From Raja brachyura (lineage: Eukaryota): a DNA stretch of 64,000 nt. The stretch is taken from assembly GCA_963514005.1 (NCBI GenBank), contig OY740799.1, positions 31,124,001 through 31,188,000 on the forward strand, written 5' to 3'. This document shows, piece after piece, positions 27,201 through 42,200 of the stretch. The notes below the pieces were generated by a model. That model did not search any database. It worked only from the letters and a program-made list of their open reading frames with translations, and had not been told where the DNA came from. The position numbers and the translations under genes were made by a program. Position 1 is the stretch's first letter. Each line of letters opens with the position of its first letter.

Positions 27201-30200
27201 ATTAAAATGTTTAACAGATGACATTTTTGTTCAACCTAGAATAAAATGGCAAGGCAAAATATACTTTTGATAAATCAGCAGCTGAATATTTCAGTGCAAC
27301 CACAAATAATCCTGTTCTATCTATACACCAGTTGCGGATTTCCTGGAAGATCAACCGTCTTCCAAAGACTGCAAGGTCTACTTAATACCATATTTTATAA
27401 TACCATTATTCGTGGATCCATTTTTGAAAAATCTTTGAGCTGAAACAAAACTGTTTAACTGCGTTGCCATGACCAAAAACTACAGGAATAGTGGAAGAGG
27501 CGAAGGGAAGAGACCTTTTCTATAAAAGTGAAAATCCTTATCCATGTCTGCTGAAAGGTGCCAGACTCAGTTCTCTTTTTAAAATTATGGCAGGCAATCA
27601 GCAACAAATGGCCTCCTCAATTCGGTAGTTGTTTCTATATTTTCATGGTGAGAAACTACATTTTTTGAATAAAGCAATGAACAAATATTCCTGAAGAGGG
27701 GGCTATATAGAGCTTCACTAAACAAAGCACAGAGTCCAAAAGTAAACGCTAACAAGATTGATAGATGATGTTACTAACCTGATGTAGTGCTGGTAGTGGT
27801 CTCAGTTGTTGGTGTAGTTTCTAGTGAAAGAAAAGATTGCTCTATTCAAGTGGGGCAGCCAAGAGAATTGGTACGCAGTTATAAAGCCATCAACAGGAAT
27901 TCATGAGCTGGCACATTTTATGAAAGTGTTTTCATGTGTAGTTTGGTTGCTTCTTACAAATATGCAAAGATAAACTGCTCAGCAACAACAGACTGTGTCC
28001 CCCGTGGCCTCTCCACGGCGTTCTGCGCCCAGCACGCTTATTTCACCACCTCGCCGGTCACTTTCCCGGACACTTCACCGGTGAATTCCCCATCACTTTA
28101 CCGATTAATTGAATAAAGCGTGCGGCCATACTATACGGCTGCATTACTTTTTCCTTGTCAATCAGCAGCTGAATATTTCAGGGCCATCATAAACAATTTC
28201 AATTTCTTAATGTACCAACTTCAGATTTTGTGGAAGCTCAGCAAGTATTCCAAGAACTACTGATCAGAAATGTCGAACATAAGGAGCGGTAAAGTGCCAA
28301 AACTGTTGCAACTCCTACCTCACAGCACCAGAGACATCAGATTGATTTGTTCCGTGGGTGTTGTGTGCATGGAGATGACATGTCCTCCCTGTTATGTGTG
28401 GCTTTCCTACAAATGTCTGAAATATATTGTCACTGACCTGATATAGTACTGGTAGTGGTCTCAGTTATTGATGTAGTTGTTGGTGTTCCTGGTGAAAGAA
28501 AATAACGCAATATTCAACCAAGACGGCAAGAGGAATTGGTACACAGCTAACTATTGGCAGTCAAGAAACCATCAGAAGGAATTCATAGGCTGGCACGCAT
28601 TATTAAAAATTTTAACAGATGGCATTTTTGTTCTTCGTAGAATAAAATGACAGAGCAAAATATATTTGATCAATCAGCAGCTGAATATTTCTGTGCCATC
28701 ACAAATAAACCTGTTCTGACTATACATCAGTTACGGATATCCTGGAAGATTACCGTCTTCCAAAGACCTCAAAATCACCATGTTGTCCAATACCATTATT
28801 TGTTGAACCATGTTTGAAAAATCTTTGAGCTGAAACAAAACTGTTTGACAGCGTTGCCATGACAAAAAAACTCCCGGAATAGTGGAAGAGGCGAAGGGAA
28901 GAGACCTTTTCTAAAAAGCGAAAATCCTTATCCATGTCAACTGAAAAATGCCAGATTTAATGCTGTTTGTGAAATTATTGTAGGCAACCAGCACCAAAAG
29001 GCCTCCTTAATTTGGTAGTTGTTTCTATATTTTTGTGGTGAGAAACTACATTTTTGGAATAAAACAATGAACAAATATTCATGAAGAGGGGGCTATATAG
29101 AGCTTCACTAAACAAAGCACAGAGTCCAAAAGGAAAAGCTAACAAGATTGATAGATGATGATACTAACCTGATGTAGTGCTGGTGGTGGTCTCAGTTGTT
29201 GGTGTTGTTTCTAGTGAAAGAAAAGATTGCTCTATTCAAGTGGGGCAGCCAAGAGAATTGGAACGCAGATATGAAGCCATCAACAGGAATTCATCAACTG
29301 GCATATTTTATGAAAACGTTTTACTAGTTGTCACTTTCTTCATCAGTGAATAAACCATGCGGCCATACTATACGGCTGCATTACTTTTTCCTTGTCTTTG
29401 AGAAATTGCATCTGATCAGGCATCTAGAAAGATTGATTTGGCACAGCTGTGCAGCTGGTAGAGCTGCAGCCTCATAGTGTCATAGATTTGTATTCTATCC
29501 TAACCTCAGGTGCTGTCAGGGCTGGGATTGCACGTTCTCCCTTTCACTACCTGTGATCCCCCCAAGTTTTTAACAGAGGATGATACTGACCTGATGTAGT
29601 GGTGGTCCCAGATGTTGATGTAGTTGTTTCTAGTGAAATAAAAAAATGTTATGTTCCACTGAGACAAACAAGAGGAATAGTTATGCGGTTTAGAATCCTC
29701 CAACAGGAATTTATCAACTGGCACCTTTTAATAAGAAATTTTACACTTGATCTTGACTTATCAGTGAATATAGCATATGGCCATACTATGCTGCTGCATT
29801 ACTTTTTCCTTGTCAATCAGCTGCTGAATGTCAGGGCCACCACAAATAATTCCAACTTCTTAATGTACCAACTTCAGATTTTGTGGAAGCTCAGCAAGTA
29901 TTCCAAGAACTACTGATCATAAATTTACAACATAAGCAGCGGTAAAGTGCCACAACTGTTGCAACTCCTACCTCACAGCACCAGAGACTTCAGATTGATT
30001 TGTTCCGTGGGTGCTGTGTGCATGGAGATTACATGTACTCCCTGTTATGTGTGCCTTTCCTACATGTGTGTGAAATATATTGTCACTAACCTGATGTAGT
30101 ACTGGTAGTGGTCTCTGTTGTTGATGTAGTTGTTGGTGTTTCCAGTGAAAGAAAATAATGCAATATTCAACCAGGACAGCCAAGAGGAATTGGTACATAG

Positions 30201-33200
30201 CTAACTATTGGTAGTCAGGAAACCATCAGCAGGAATTCATATGGTGGCACACTTAATTGAAATGTTGAACAGAAGGCATTTTTGTTCTTCACAGAATAAA
30301 ATTGTAGGGAAAATATAATTTTGATCAATCAGAAGCTGAATATTTCAGTGCCATCACAAATAATTCTGTTCTATCTATACACCAGTTGCAGATTTCCTGG
30401 AAGATCAACCATCTTCCAAAGACTGCAAGGTCTACTTAATACCATCATTTCCGATAGTATGTACTGTGTGTACTATGGGTAAGCATGTCTGTTCATATGC
30501 CCCATTGATACATGATTATCAACTTGCATAAATTGTGTTCATTATAATCATGTTTTTGATTTTTGCTATGGAATGGCCGTAGAAATTGAGAAGCAGAAAA
30601 CACCAACTCATTTCCTCCACAAATCCAAACTATTTTGAAATTGTGACAAAATTTGGTAGAATTGTTATGAGTCAAACATTGACATCTTAACATGTATATT
30701 TGCACAATTTATGCCAATAATTTAAGCAAAGATGCAAGAAGTAAGTCACAGAGCTGATGTTAGAAATGTTGTCTCATTGTCTTCGATTTGCCAATGTTTA
30801 TTGAAAGTGGTTTGACTCACCTGTTGTGGAACTGGAGGTAGTCTCAGTTGTTCCAGTTGTCAAAGATGTTGTTGGTGTTGTTCCTGGAGAGCAAATAGAA
30901 AAGAATTTACAAATTGAATTGCAAGAGTCACCAATCAATTTCAGTACGACACTGTACATTTTCAAAAGACTGGGCTGAATTTTAACAATGTTCATTGCTT
31001 GTGCCTATGCAAAGGACATTTATTAGTAAACCAAATTTTGTTTCGTCATTTATCAAATGCACCGAAATTATAAATAGACATTGTGATTTTTAGAAGAAAG
31101 TTCTAAACTCCTTCGTTGATCAACTTTGGAACCATCATTGAGCAGAAACAAAACTGTTTAACAGCGCTGCCATGACCAAAAACTCCCGGAATAGTGGAGG
31201 AGGCGAAGGGAAGAGACCTTTTCTAAAAAGTGAAAATCCTTATCCATGTCAACTGAAAAGTGCAGATTTAATGCTCTTTTTGAAATTATTGTAGGCAACC
31301 AGCACCAAAAGGCCTCATTAATTTGGTATTTACTTCTATATTTTCGTGGTGAGAAACTACATTTTTGGAATAAAGCAATGAACAAATATTCATGAAGAGG
31401 GTGCGATATGGAGCTTCACTAAACAAAGCACAGAATCCAAAAGGAAAAGTTAACAAGATTGATAGATGATGTTACTAACCTGATGTAGTGCTGGTGGTGG
31501 TCTCAGTTGTTGGTGTCGTTTCTAGTGAAAGAAAAGATTGCTCTATTCAAGTGGGGCAGCCAAGAGGAATTGGTACTCAGTTATAAAGCCATCAAAAGGA
31601 ATTCATGAGCTGGCACATTTCATGAAAGTGTTTTAATATGTAGATTGGTTACTTCTTACTAATATGCGAAGATAAACTGCTCAGCAACAACAGACTGTAT
31701 CCCCCGCAGCCGCTCCATGGCGTTCTGCACCCAGCACGCTTATTTCACCACCTCCAATCGGTGTGTCTCCGGTGCCATCCCCGGTCACTTCCCCGTCACT
31801 TTATCGATTAATTGAATAAAGCGTGCGATCATACTATGGGCTGCATTACTTTTTACTTGTCAATCAGCGGCTGAATAATTCAGGGTCATCATGAACAATT
31901 TCAATTTCTTAATGTACCAACTTCAGATTTTGTGGAAGCTCAGCAGTATTCTAAGACCTATTGATCAGAAATTTAGAACATAAGGAGCGGTAAAGTGCCA
32001 CAACTGGCGCAACTCCTACCTCACAGCACCAGAGACATCAGATTGATTTGTTCCGTGGGTGCTGTGTACATGGAGATGACATGCCCTCCCTGTTATGTGT
32101 TGCTTTCCTACAAGTATCTGAAATATATTTCACTAACCTGATGTGGTGCTGGTAGTGGTCTCTGTTGTTGATGTAGTTGTTGGTGTTCCTAGTGAAAGAA
32201 AATAAAGCAATATTTAACCAAGACAGCCAAGAGGAATTGGTATACAGCTAACTATTGGTAGTCAGGAAACCATCAGCAGCAATTCATATGCTGGTACACT
32301 TTATTAAAATGTTTAACAGATGACATTTTTGTTCAACCTAGAATAAAATGGCAAGGCAAAATATACTTTTGATAAATCAGCAGCTGAATATTTCAGTGCA
32401 ATCACAACTAATCCTGTTCTATCTATACACCAGTTGCGGATTTCCTGGAAGATCAACCGTCTTCCAAAGACTGCAAGGTCTACTTAATACCATATTTTAT
32501 AATACCATTATTCGTGGATCCATTTTTGAAAAATCTTTGAGCTGAAACAAAACTGTTTAACTGCGTTGCCATGACCAAAAACTACAGGAATAGTGGAAGA
32601 GGCGAAGGGAAGAGACCTTTTCTATAAAAGTGAAAATCCTTATCCATGTCTGCTGAAAGGTGCCAGACTCAATTCTCTTTTTAAAATTATGGCAGGCAAT
32701 GAGCAACAAATGGCCTCCTCAATTCGGTAGTTGTTTCTATATTTTCATGGTGAGAAACTACATTTTTTGAATAAAGCAATGAACAAATATTCCTGAAGAG
32801 GGGGCTATATAGAGCTTCACTAAACAAAGCACAGAGTCCAAAAGGAAACGCTAACAAGATTGATAGATGATGTTACTAACCTGATGTAGTGCTGGTAGTG
32901 GTCTCAGTTGTTGGTGTCGTTTCTAGTGAAAGAAATGATTGCTCTATTCAAGTGGGGCAGCCAAGAGAATTGGTACGCAGTTATAAAGCCATCAACAGGA
33001 ATTCATGAGCTGGCACATTTTATGAAAGTGTTTTCATGTGTAGTTTGGTTGCTTCTTACTAATATGCAAAGATAAACTGCTCAGCAACAACAGACTGTGT
33101 CCCCCGTGGCCTCTCCACGGCGTTCTGCGCCCAGCACGCTTATTTCACCACCTCGCCGGTCACTTTCCCGGACACTTCACCGGTGAATTCCCCATCACTT

Positions 33201-36200
33201 TACCGATTAATTGAATAAAGCGTGCGGCCATACTATATGGCTGCATTACTTTTTCCTTGTCAATCAGCAGCTGAATATTTCAGGGCCATCATAAACAATT
33301 TCAATTTCTTAATGTACCAACTTCAGATTTTGTGGAAGCTCAGCAAGTATTCCAAGAACTACTGATCAGAAATGTCGAACATAAGGAGCGGTAAAGTGCC
33401 AAAACTGTTGCAACTCCTACCTCACAGCACCAGAGACATCAGATTGATTTGTTCCGTGGGTGTTGTGTGCATGGAGATGACATGTCCTCCCTGTTATGTG
33501 TGGCTTTCCTACAAATGTCTGAAATATATTGTCACTAACCTGATGTAGTACTGGTAGTGGTCTCAGTTATTGATGTAGTTGTTGGTGTTCCTGGTGAAAG
33601 AAAATAACGCAATATTCAACCAAGACGGCAAGAGGAATTGGTACACAGCTAACTATTGGCAGTCAAGAAACCATCAGAAGGAATTCATAGGCTGGCACGC
33701 ATTATTAAAAATTTTAACAGATGGCATTTTTGTTCTTCGTAGAATAAAATGACAGAGCAAAATATATTTGATCAATCAGCAGCTGAATATTTCTGTGCCA
33801 TCACAAATAAACCTGTTCTGACTATACATCAGTTACGGATATCCTGGAAGATTACCGTCTTCCAAAGACCTCAAAATCACCATGTTGTCCAATACCATTA
33901 TTTGTTGAACCATGTTTGAAAAATCTTTGAGCTGAAACAAAACTGTTTAACAGCGTTGCCATGACAAAAAAACTCCCGGAAATCTGGAGGAGGCGAAGGG
34001 AAGAGACCTTTTCTAAAAAGCGAAAATCCTTATCCATGTCAACTGAAAAATGCCAGATTTAATGCTGTTTGTGAGATTATTGTAGGCAACCAGCACCAAA
34101 AGGCCTCCTTAATTTGGTAGTTGTTTCTATATTTTTGTGGTGAGAAACTACATTTTTGGAATAAAACAATGAACAAATATTCATGAAGAGGGGGCTATAT
34201 AGAGCTTCACTAAACAAAGCACAGAGTCCAAAAGGAAAAGCTAACAAGATTGATAGATGATGATACTAACCTGATGTAGTGCTGGTGGTGGTCTCAGTTG
34301 TTGGTGTTGTTTCTAGTGAAAGAAAAGATTGCTCTATTCAAGTGGGGCAGCCAAGAGAATTGGAACGCAGATATGAAGCCATCAACAGGAATTCATCAAC
34401 TGGCATATTTTATGAAAACGTTTTACTAGTTGTCACTTTCTTCATCAGTGAATAAACCATGCGGCCATACTATACGGCTGCATTACTTTTTCCTTGTCTT
34501 TGAGAAATTGCATCTGATCAGGCATCTAGAAATATTGATTTGGCACAGCTGTGCAGCTGGTAGAGCTGCAGCCTCATAGTGTCATAGATTTGTATTCTAT
34601 CCTAACCTCGGGTGCTGTCAGGGCTGGGATTGCACGTTCTCCCTTTCACTACCTGTGATCCCCCCAAGTTTTTAACAGAGGATGATACTGACCTGATGTA
34701 GTGGTGGTCCCAGATGTTGATGTAGTTGTTTCTAGTGAAATAAAAAAATGTTATGTTCCACTGAGACAAACAAGAGGAATTGTTATGCAGTTTAGAATCC
34801 TCCAACAGGAATTTATCAACTGGCACCTTTTAATAAGAAATTTTACACTTGATCTTTCCTTATCAGTGAATATAGCGTATGGCCATACTATGCTGCTGCA
34901 TTACTTTTTCCTTGTCAATCAGCTGCTGAATGTCAGGACCACCACAAATAATTACAACTTCTTAATGTACCAACTTCAGATTTTGTGGAAGCTCAGCAAG
35001 TATTCCAAGAACTACTGATAATAAATTTACAACATAAGCAGCGGTAAAGTGCCACAACTGTTGCAACTCCTACCTCACAGCACCAGAGACGTCAGATTGA
35101 TTTGTTCCGTGGGTGCTGTGTGCAAGGAGATTACATGTACTCCCTGTTATATGTGCCTTTCCTACATGTGTGTGAAATATATTGTCACTAACCTGATGTA
35201 GTACTGGTAGTGGTCTCTGTTGTTGATGTAGTTGTTGGTGTTTCTAGTGAAAGAAAATAATGCAATATTCAACCAGGACAGCCAAGAGGAATTGGTACAT
35301 AGCTAACTATTGGTAGTCAGGAAACCATCAGCAGGAATTCATATGGTGGCACACTTAATTGAAATGTTGAACAGAAGGCATTTTTGTTCTTCACAGAATA
35401 AAATTGTAGGGAAAATATAATTTTGATCAATCAGAAGCTGAATATTTCAGTGCCATCACAAATAATTCTGTTCTATCTATACACCAGTTGCAGATTTCCT
35501 GGAAGATCAACCATCTTCCAAAGACTGCAAGGTCTACTTAATACCATCATTTCCGATAGTATGTACTGTGTGTACTATGGGTAAGCATGTCTGTTCATAT
35601 GCCCCATTGATACATGATTATCAACTTGCATAAATTGTGTTCATTATAATCATGTTTTTGATTTTTGCTATGTAATGGCCGTAGAAATTGAGAAGCAGAA
35701 AACACCAACTCATTTCCTCCACAAATCCAAACTATTTTGAAATTGTGACATAATTTGGTAGAATTGTTATGAGTCAAACATTGACATCTTAACATGTATA
35801 TTTGCACAATTTATGCCAATAATTTAAGCAAAGATGCAAGAAGTAAGTCACAGAGCTGATGTTAGAAATGTTGTCTCATTGTCTTCGATTTGCCAATGTT
35901 TATTGAAAGTGGTTTGACTCACCTGTTGTGGAACTGGAGGTAGTCTCAGTTGTTCCAGTTGTCAAAGATGTTGTTGGTGTTGTTCCTGGAGAGCAAATAG
36001 AAAAGAATTTACAAATTGAATTGCAAGAGTCACCAATCAATTTCAGTACGACACTGTACATTTTCAAAAGACTGGGCTGAATTTTAACAATGTTCATTGC
36101 TTGTGCCTATGCAAAGGACATTTATTAGTAAACCAAATTTTGTTTCGTCATTTATCAAATGCACCGAAATTATAAATAGACATTGTGATTTTTAGAAGAA

Positions 36201-39200
36201 AGTTCTAAACTCCTTCGTTGATCAACTTTGGAACCATCATTGAGCAGAAACAAAACTGTTTAACAGCGCTGCCATGACCAAAAACTCCCGGAATAGTGGA
36301 GGAGGCGAAGGGAAGAGACCTTTTCTAAAAAGTGAAAATCCTTATCCATGTCAACTGAAAAGTGCCAGATTTAATGCTCTTTTTGAAATTATTGTAGGCA
36401 ACCAGCACCAAAAGGCCTCATTAATTTGGTATTTACTTCTATATTTTCGTGGTGAGAAACTACATTTTTGGAATAAAGCAATGCACAAATATTCATGAAG
36501 AGGGTGCGATATGGAGCTTCACTAAACAAAGCACCGAATCCAAAAGGAAAAGTTTACAAGATTGATAGATGATGTTACTAACCTGATGTAGTGCTGGTGG
36601 TGGTCTCAGTTGTTGGTGTCGTTTCTAGTGAAAGAAAAGATTGCTCTATTCAAGTGGGGCAGCCAAGAGGAATTGGTACTCAGTTATAAAGCCATCAACA
36701 GGAATTCATGAGCTGGCACATTTCATGAAAGTGTTTTAATATGTAGATTGGTTACTTCTTACTAATATGCGAAGATAAACTGCTCAGCAACAACAGACTG
36801 TATCCCCCGCAGCCGCTCCATGGCGTTCTGCACCCAGCAAGCTTATTTCACCACCTCCAATCGGTGTGTCTCCAGTGCCATCCCCGGTCACTTCCCCGTC
36901 ACTTTATCAATTAATTGAATAAAGCGTGCGATCATACTATGGGCTGCATTACTTTTTACTTGTCAATCAGCGGCTGAATAATTCAGGGTCATCATGAACA
37001 ATTTCAATTTCTTAATATACCAACTTCAGATTTTGTGGAAGCTCAGCAGTATTCTAAGACCTATTGATCAGAAATTTAGAACATAAGGAGCGGTAAAGTG
37101 CCACAACTGGCGCAACTCCTACCTCACAGCACCAGAGACATCAGATTGATTTGTTCCGTGGGTGCTGTGTACATGGAGATGACATGCCCTCCCTGTTATG
37201 TGTTGCTTTCCTACAAGTATCTGAAATATATTTCACTAACCTGATGTGGTGCTGGTAGTGGTCTCTGTTGTTGATGTAGTTGTTGGTGTTCCTAGTGAAA
37301 GAAAATAAAGCAATATTTAACCAAGACAGCCCAGAGGAATTGGTATACAGCTAACTATTGGTAGTCAGGAAACCATCAGCAGCAATTCATATGCTGGTAC
37401 ACTTTATTAAAATGTTTAACAGATGACATTTTTGTTCAACCTAGAATAAAATGGCAAGGCAAAATATACTTTTGATAAATCAGCAGCTGAATATTTCAGT
37501 GCAATCACAACTAATCCTGTTCTATCTATACACAAGTTGCGGATTTCCTGGAAGATCAACCGTCTTCCAAAGACTGCAAGGTCTACTTAATACCATATTT
37601 TATAATACCATTATTCGTGGATCCATTTTTGAAAAATCTTTGAGCTGAAACAAAACTGTTTAACTGCGTTGCCATGACCAAAAACTACAGGAATAGTGGA
37701 AGAGGCGAAGGGAAGAGACCTTTTCTATAAAAGTGAAAATCCTTATCCATGTCTGCTGAAAGGTGCCAGACTCAATTCTCTTTTTAAAATTATGGCAGGC
37801 AATCAGCAACAAATGGCCTCCTCAATTCGGTAGTTGTTTCTATATTTTCATGGTGAGAAACTACATTTTTTGAATAAAGCAATGAACAAATATTCCTGAA
37901 GAGGGGGCTATATAGAGCTTCACTAAACAAAGCACAGAGTCCAAAAGGAAACGCTAACAAGATTGATAGATGATGTTACTAACCTGATGTAGTGCTGGTA
38001 GTGGTCTCAGTTGTTGGTGTCGTTTCTAGTGAAAGAAAAGATTGCTCTATTCAAGTGGGGCAGCCAAGAGAATTGGTACGCAGTTATAAAGCCATCAACA
38101 GGAATTCATGAGCTGGCACATTTTATGAAAGTGTTTTCATGTGTAGTTTGGTTGCTTCTTACTAATATGCAAAGATAAACTGCTCAGCAACAACAGACTG
38201 TGTCCCCCGTGGCCTCTCCACGGCGTTCTGCGCCCAGCACGCTTATTTCACCACCTCGCCGGTCACTTTCCTGGACACTTCACCGGTGAATTCCCCATCA
38301 CTTTACCGATTAATTGAATAAAGCGTGCGGCCATACTATACGGCTGCATTACTTTTTCCTTGTCAATCAGCAGCTGAATATTTCAGGGCCATCATAAACA
38401 ATTTCAATTTCTTAATGTACCAACTTCAGATTTTGTGGAAGCTCAGCAAGTATTCCAAGAACTACTGATCAGAAATGTCGAACATAAGGAGCGGTAAAGT
38501 GCCAAAACTGTTGCAACTCCTACCTCACAGCACCAGAGACATCAGATTGATTTGTTCCGTGGGTGTTGTGTGCATAGAGATGACATGTCCTCCCTGTTAT
38601 GTGTGGCTTTCCTACAAATGTCTGAAATATATTGTCACTAACCTGATGTAGTACTGGTAGTGGTCTCAGTTATTGATGTAGTTGTTGGTGTTCCTGGTGA
38701 AAGAAAATAACGCAATATTCAACCAAGACGGCAAGAGGAATTGGTACACAGCTAACTATTGGCAGTCAAGAAACCATCAGAAGGAATTCATAGGCTGGCA
38801 CGCATTATTAAAAATTTTAACAGATGGCATTTTTGTTCTTCGTAGAATAAAATGACAGAGCAAAATATATTTGATCAATCAGCAGCTGAATATTTCTGTG
38901 CCATCACAAATAAACCTGTTCTGACTATACATCAGTTACGGATATCCTGGAAGATTACCGTCTTCCAAAGACCTCAAAATCACCATGTTGTCCAATACCA
39001 TTATTTGTTGAACCATGTTTGAAAAATCTTTGAGCTGAAACAAAACTGTTTAACAGCGTTGCCATGACAAAAAAACTCCCGGAAATCTGGAGGAGGCGAA
39101 GGGAAGAGACCTTTTCTAAAAAGCGAAAATCCTTATCCATGTCAACTGAAAAATGCCAGATTTAATGCTGTTTGTGAGATTATTGTAGGCAACCAGCACC

Positions 39201-42200
39201 AAAAGGCCTCCTTAATTTGGTAGTTGTTTCTATATTTTTGTGGTGAGAAACTACATTTTTGGAATAAAACAATGAACAAATATTCATGAAGAGGGGGCTA
39301 TATAGAGCTTCACTAAACAAAGCACAGAGTCCAAAAGGAAAAGCTAACAAGATTGATAGATGATGATACTAACCTGATGTAGTGCTGGTGGTGGTCTCAG
39401 TTGTTGGTGTTGTTTCTAGTGAAAGAAAAGATTGCTCTATTCAAGTGGGGCAGCCAAGAGAATTGGAACGCAGATATGAAGCCATCAACAGGAATTCATC
39501 AACTGGCATATTTTATGAAAACGTTTTACTAGTTGTCACTTTCTTCATCAGTGAATAAACCATGCGGCCATACTATACGGCTGCATTACTTTTTCCTTGT
39601 CTTTGAGAAATTGCATTTGATCAGGCATCTAGAAATATTGATTTGGCACAGCTGTGCAGCTGGTAGAGCTGCAGCCTCATAGTGTCATAGATTTGTATTC
39701 TATCCTAACCTCGGGTGCTGTCAGGGCTGGGATTGCACGTTCTCCCTTTCACTACCTGTGATCCCCCCAAGTTTTTAACAGAGGATGATACTGACCTGAT
39801 GTAGTGGTGGTCCCAGATGTTGATGTAGTTGTTTCTAGTGAAATAAAAAAATGTTATGTTCCACTGAGACAAACAAGAGGAATTGTTATGCGGTTTAGAA
39901 TCCTCCAACAGGAATTTATCAACTGGCACCTTTTAATAAGAAATTTTACACTTGATCTTTACTTATCAGTGAATATAGCGTATGGCCATACTATGCTGCT
40001 GCATTACTTTTTCCTTGTCAATCAGCTGCTGAATGTCAGGGCCACCACAAATAATTCCAACTTCTTAATGTACCAACTTCAGATTTTGTGGAAGCTCAGC
40101 AAGTATTCCAAGAACTACTGATCATAAATTTACAACATAAGCAGCGGTAAAGTGCCACAACTGTTGCAACTCCTACCTCACAGCACCAGAGACTTCAGAT
40201 TGATTTGTTCCGTGGGTGCTGTGTGCATGGAGATTACATGTACTCCCTGTTATGTGTGCCTTTCCTACATGTGTGTGAAATATATTGTCACTAACCTGAT
40301 GTAGTACTGGTAGTGGTCTCTGTTGTTGATGTAGTTGTTGGTGTTTCTAGTGAAAGAAAATAATGCAATATTCAACCAGGACAGCCAAGAGGAATTGGTA
40401 CATAGCTAACTATTGGTAGTCAGGAAACCATCAGCAGGAATTCATATGGTGGCACACTTAATTGAAATGTTGAACAGAAGGCATTTTTGTTCTTCACAGA
40501 ATAAAATTGTAGGGAAAATATAATTTTGATCAATCAGAAGCTGAATATTTCAGTGCCATCACAAATAATTCTGTTCTATCTATACACCAGTTGCAGATTT
40601 CCTGGAAGATCAACCATCTTCCAAAGACTGCAAGGTCTACTTAATACCATCATTTCCGATAGTATGTACTGTGTGTACTATGGGTAAGCATGTCTGTTCA
40701 TATGCCCCATTGATACATGATTATCAACTTGCATAAATTGTGTTCATTATAATCATGTTTTTGATTTTTGCTATGGAATGGCCGTAGAAATTGAGAAGCA
40801 GAAAACACCAACTCATTTCCTCCACAAATCCAAACTATTTTGAAATTGTGACAAAATTTGGTAGAATTGTTATGAGTCAAACATTGACATCTTAACATGT
40901 ATATTTGCACAATTTATGCCAATAATTTAAGCAAAGATGCAAGAAGTAAGTCACAGAGCTGATGTTAGAAATGTTGTCTCATTGTCTTCGATTTGCCAAT
41001 GTTTATTGAAAGTGGTTTGACTCACCTGTTGTGGAACTGGAGGTAGTCTCAGTTGTTCCAGTTGTCAAAGATGTTGTTGGTGTTGTTCCTGGAGAGCAAA
41101 TAGAAAAGAATTTACAAATTGAATTGCAAGAGTCACCAATCAATTTCAGTACGACACTGTACATTTTCAAAAGACTGGGCTGAATTTTAACAATGTTCAT
41201 TGCTTGTGCCTATGCAAAGGACATTTATTAGTAAACCAAATTTTGTTTCGTCATTTATCAAATGCACCGAAATTATAAATAGACATTGTGATTTTTAGAA
41301 GAAAGTTCTAAACTCCTTCGTTGATCAACTTTGGAACCATCATTGAGCAGAAACAAAACTGTTTAACAGCGCTGCCATGACCAAAAACTCCCGGAATAGT
41401 GGAGGAGGCGAAGGGAAGAGACCTTTTCTAAAAAGTGAAAATCCTTATCCATGTCAACTGAAAAGTGCAGATTTAATGCTCTTTTTGAAATTATTGTAGG
41501 CAACCAGCACCAAAAGGCCTCATTAATTTGGTATTTACTTCTATATTTTCGTGGTGAGAAACTACATTTTTGGAATAAAGCAATGAACAAATATTCATGA
41601 AGAGGGTGCGATATGGAGCTTCACTAAACAAAGCACCGAATCCAAAAGGAAAAGTTAACAAGATTGATAGATGATGTTACTAACCTGATGTAGTGCTGGT
41701 GGTGGTCTCAGTTGTTGGTGTCGTTTCTAGTGAAAGAAAAGATTGCTCTATTCAAGTGGGGCAGCCAAGAGGAATTGGTACTCAGTTATAAAGCCATCAA
41801 CAGGAATTCATGAGCTGGCACATTTCATGAAAGTGTTTTAATATGTAGATTGGTTACTTCTTACTAATATGCGAAGATAAACTGCTCAGCAACAACAGAC
41901 TGTATCCCCCGCAGCCGCTCCATGGCGTTCTGCACCCAGCAAGCTTATTTCACCACCTCCAATCGGTGTGTCTCCAGTGCCATCCCCGGTCACTTCCCCG
42001 TCACTTTATCGATTAATTGAATAAAGCGTGCGATCATACTATGGGCTGCATTACTTTTTACTTGTCAATCAGCGGCTGAATAATTCAGGGTCATCATGAA
42101 CAATTTCAATTTCTTAATATACCAACTTCAGATTTTGTGGAAGCTCAGCAGTATTCTAAGACCTATTGATCAGAAATTTAGAACATAAGGAGCGGTAAAG

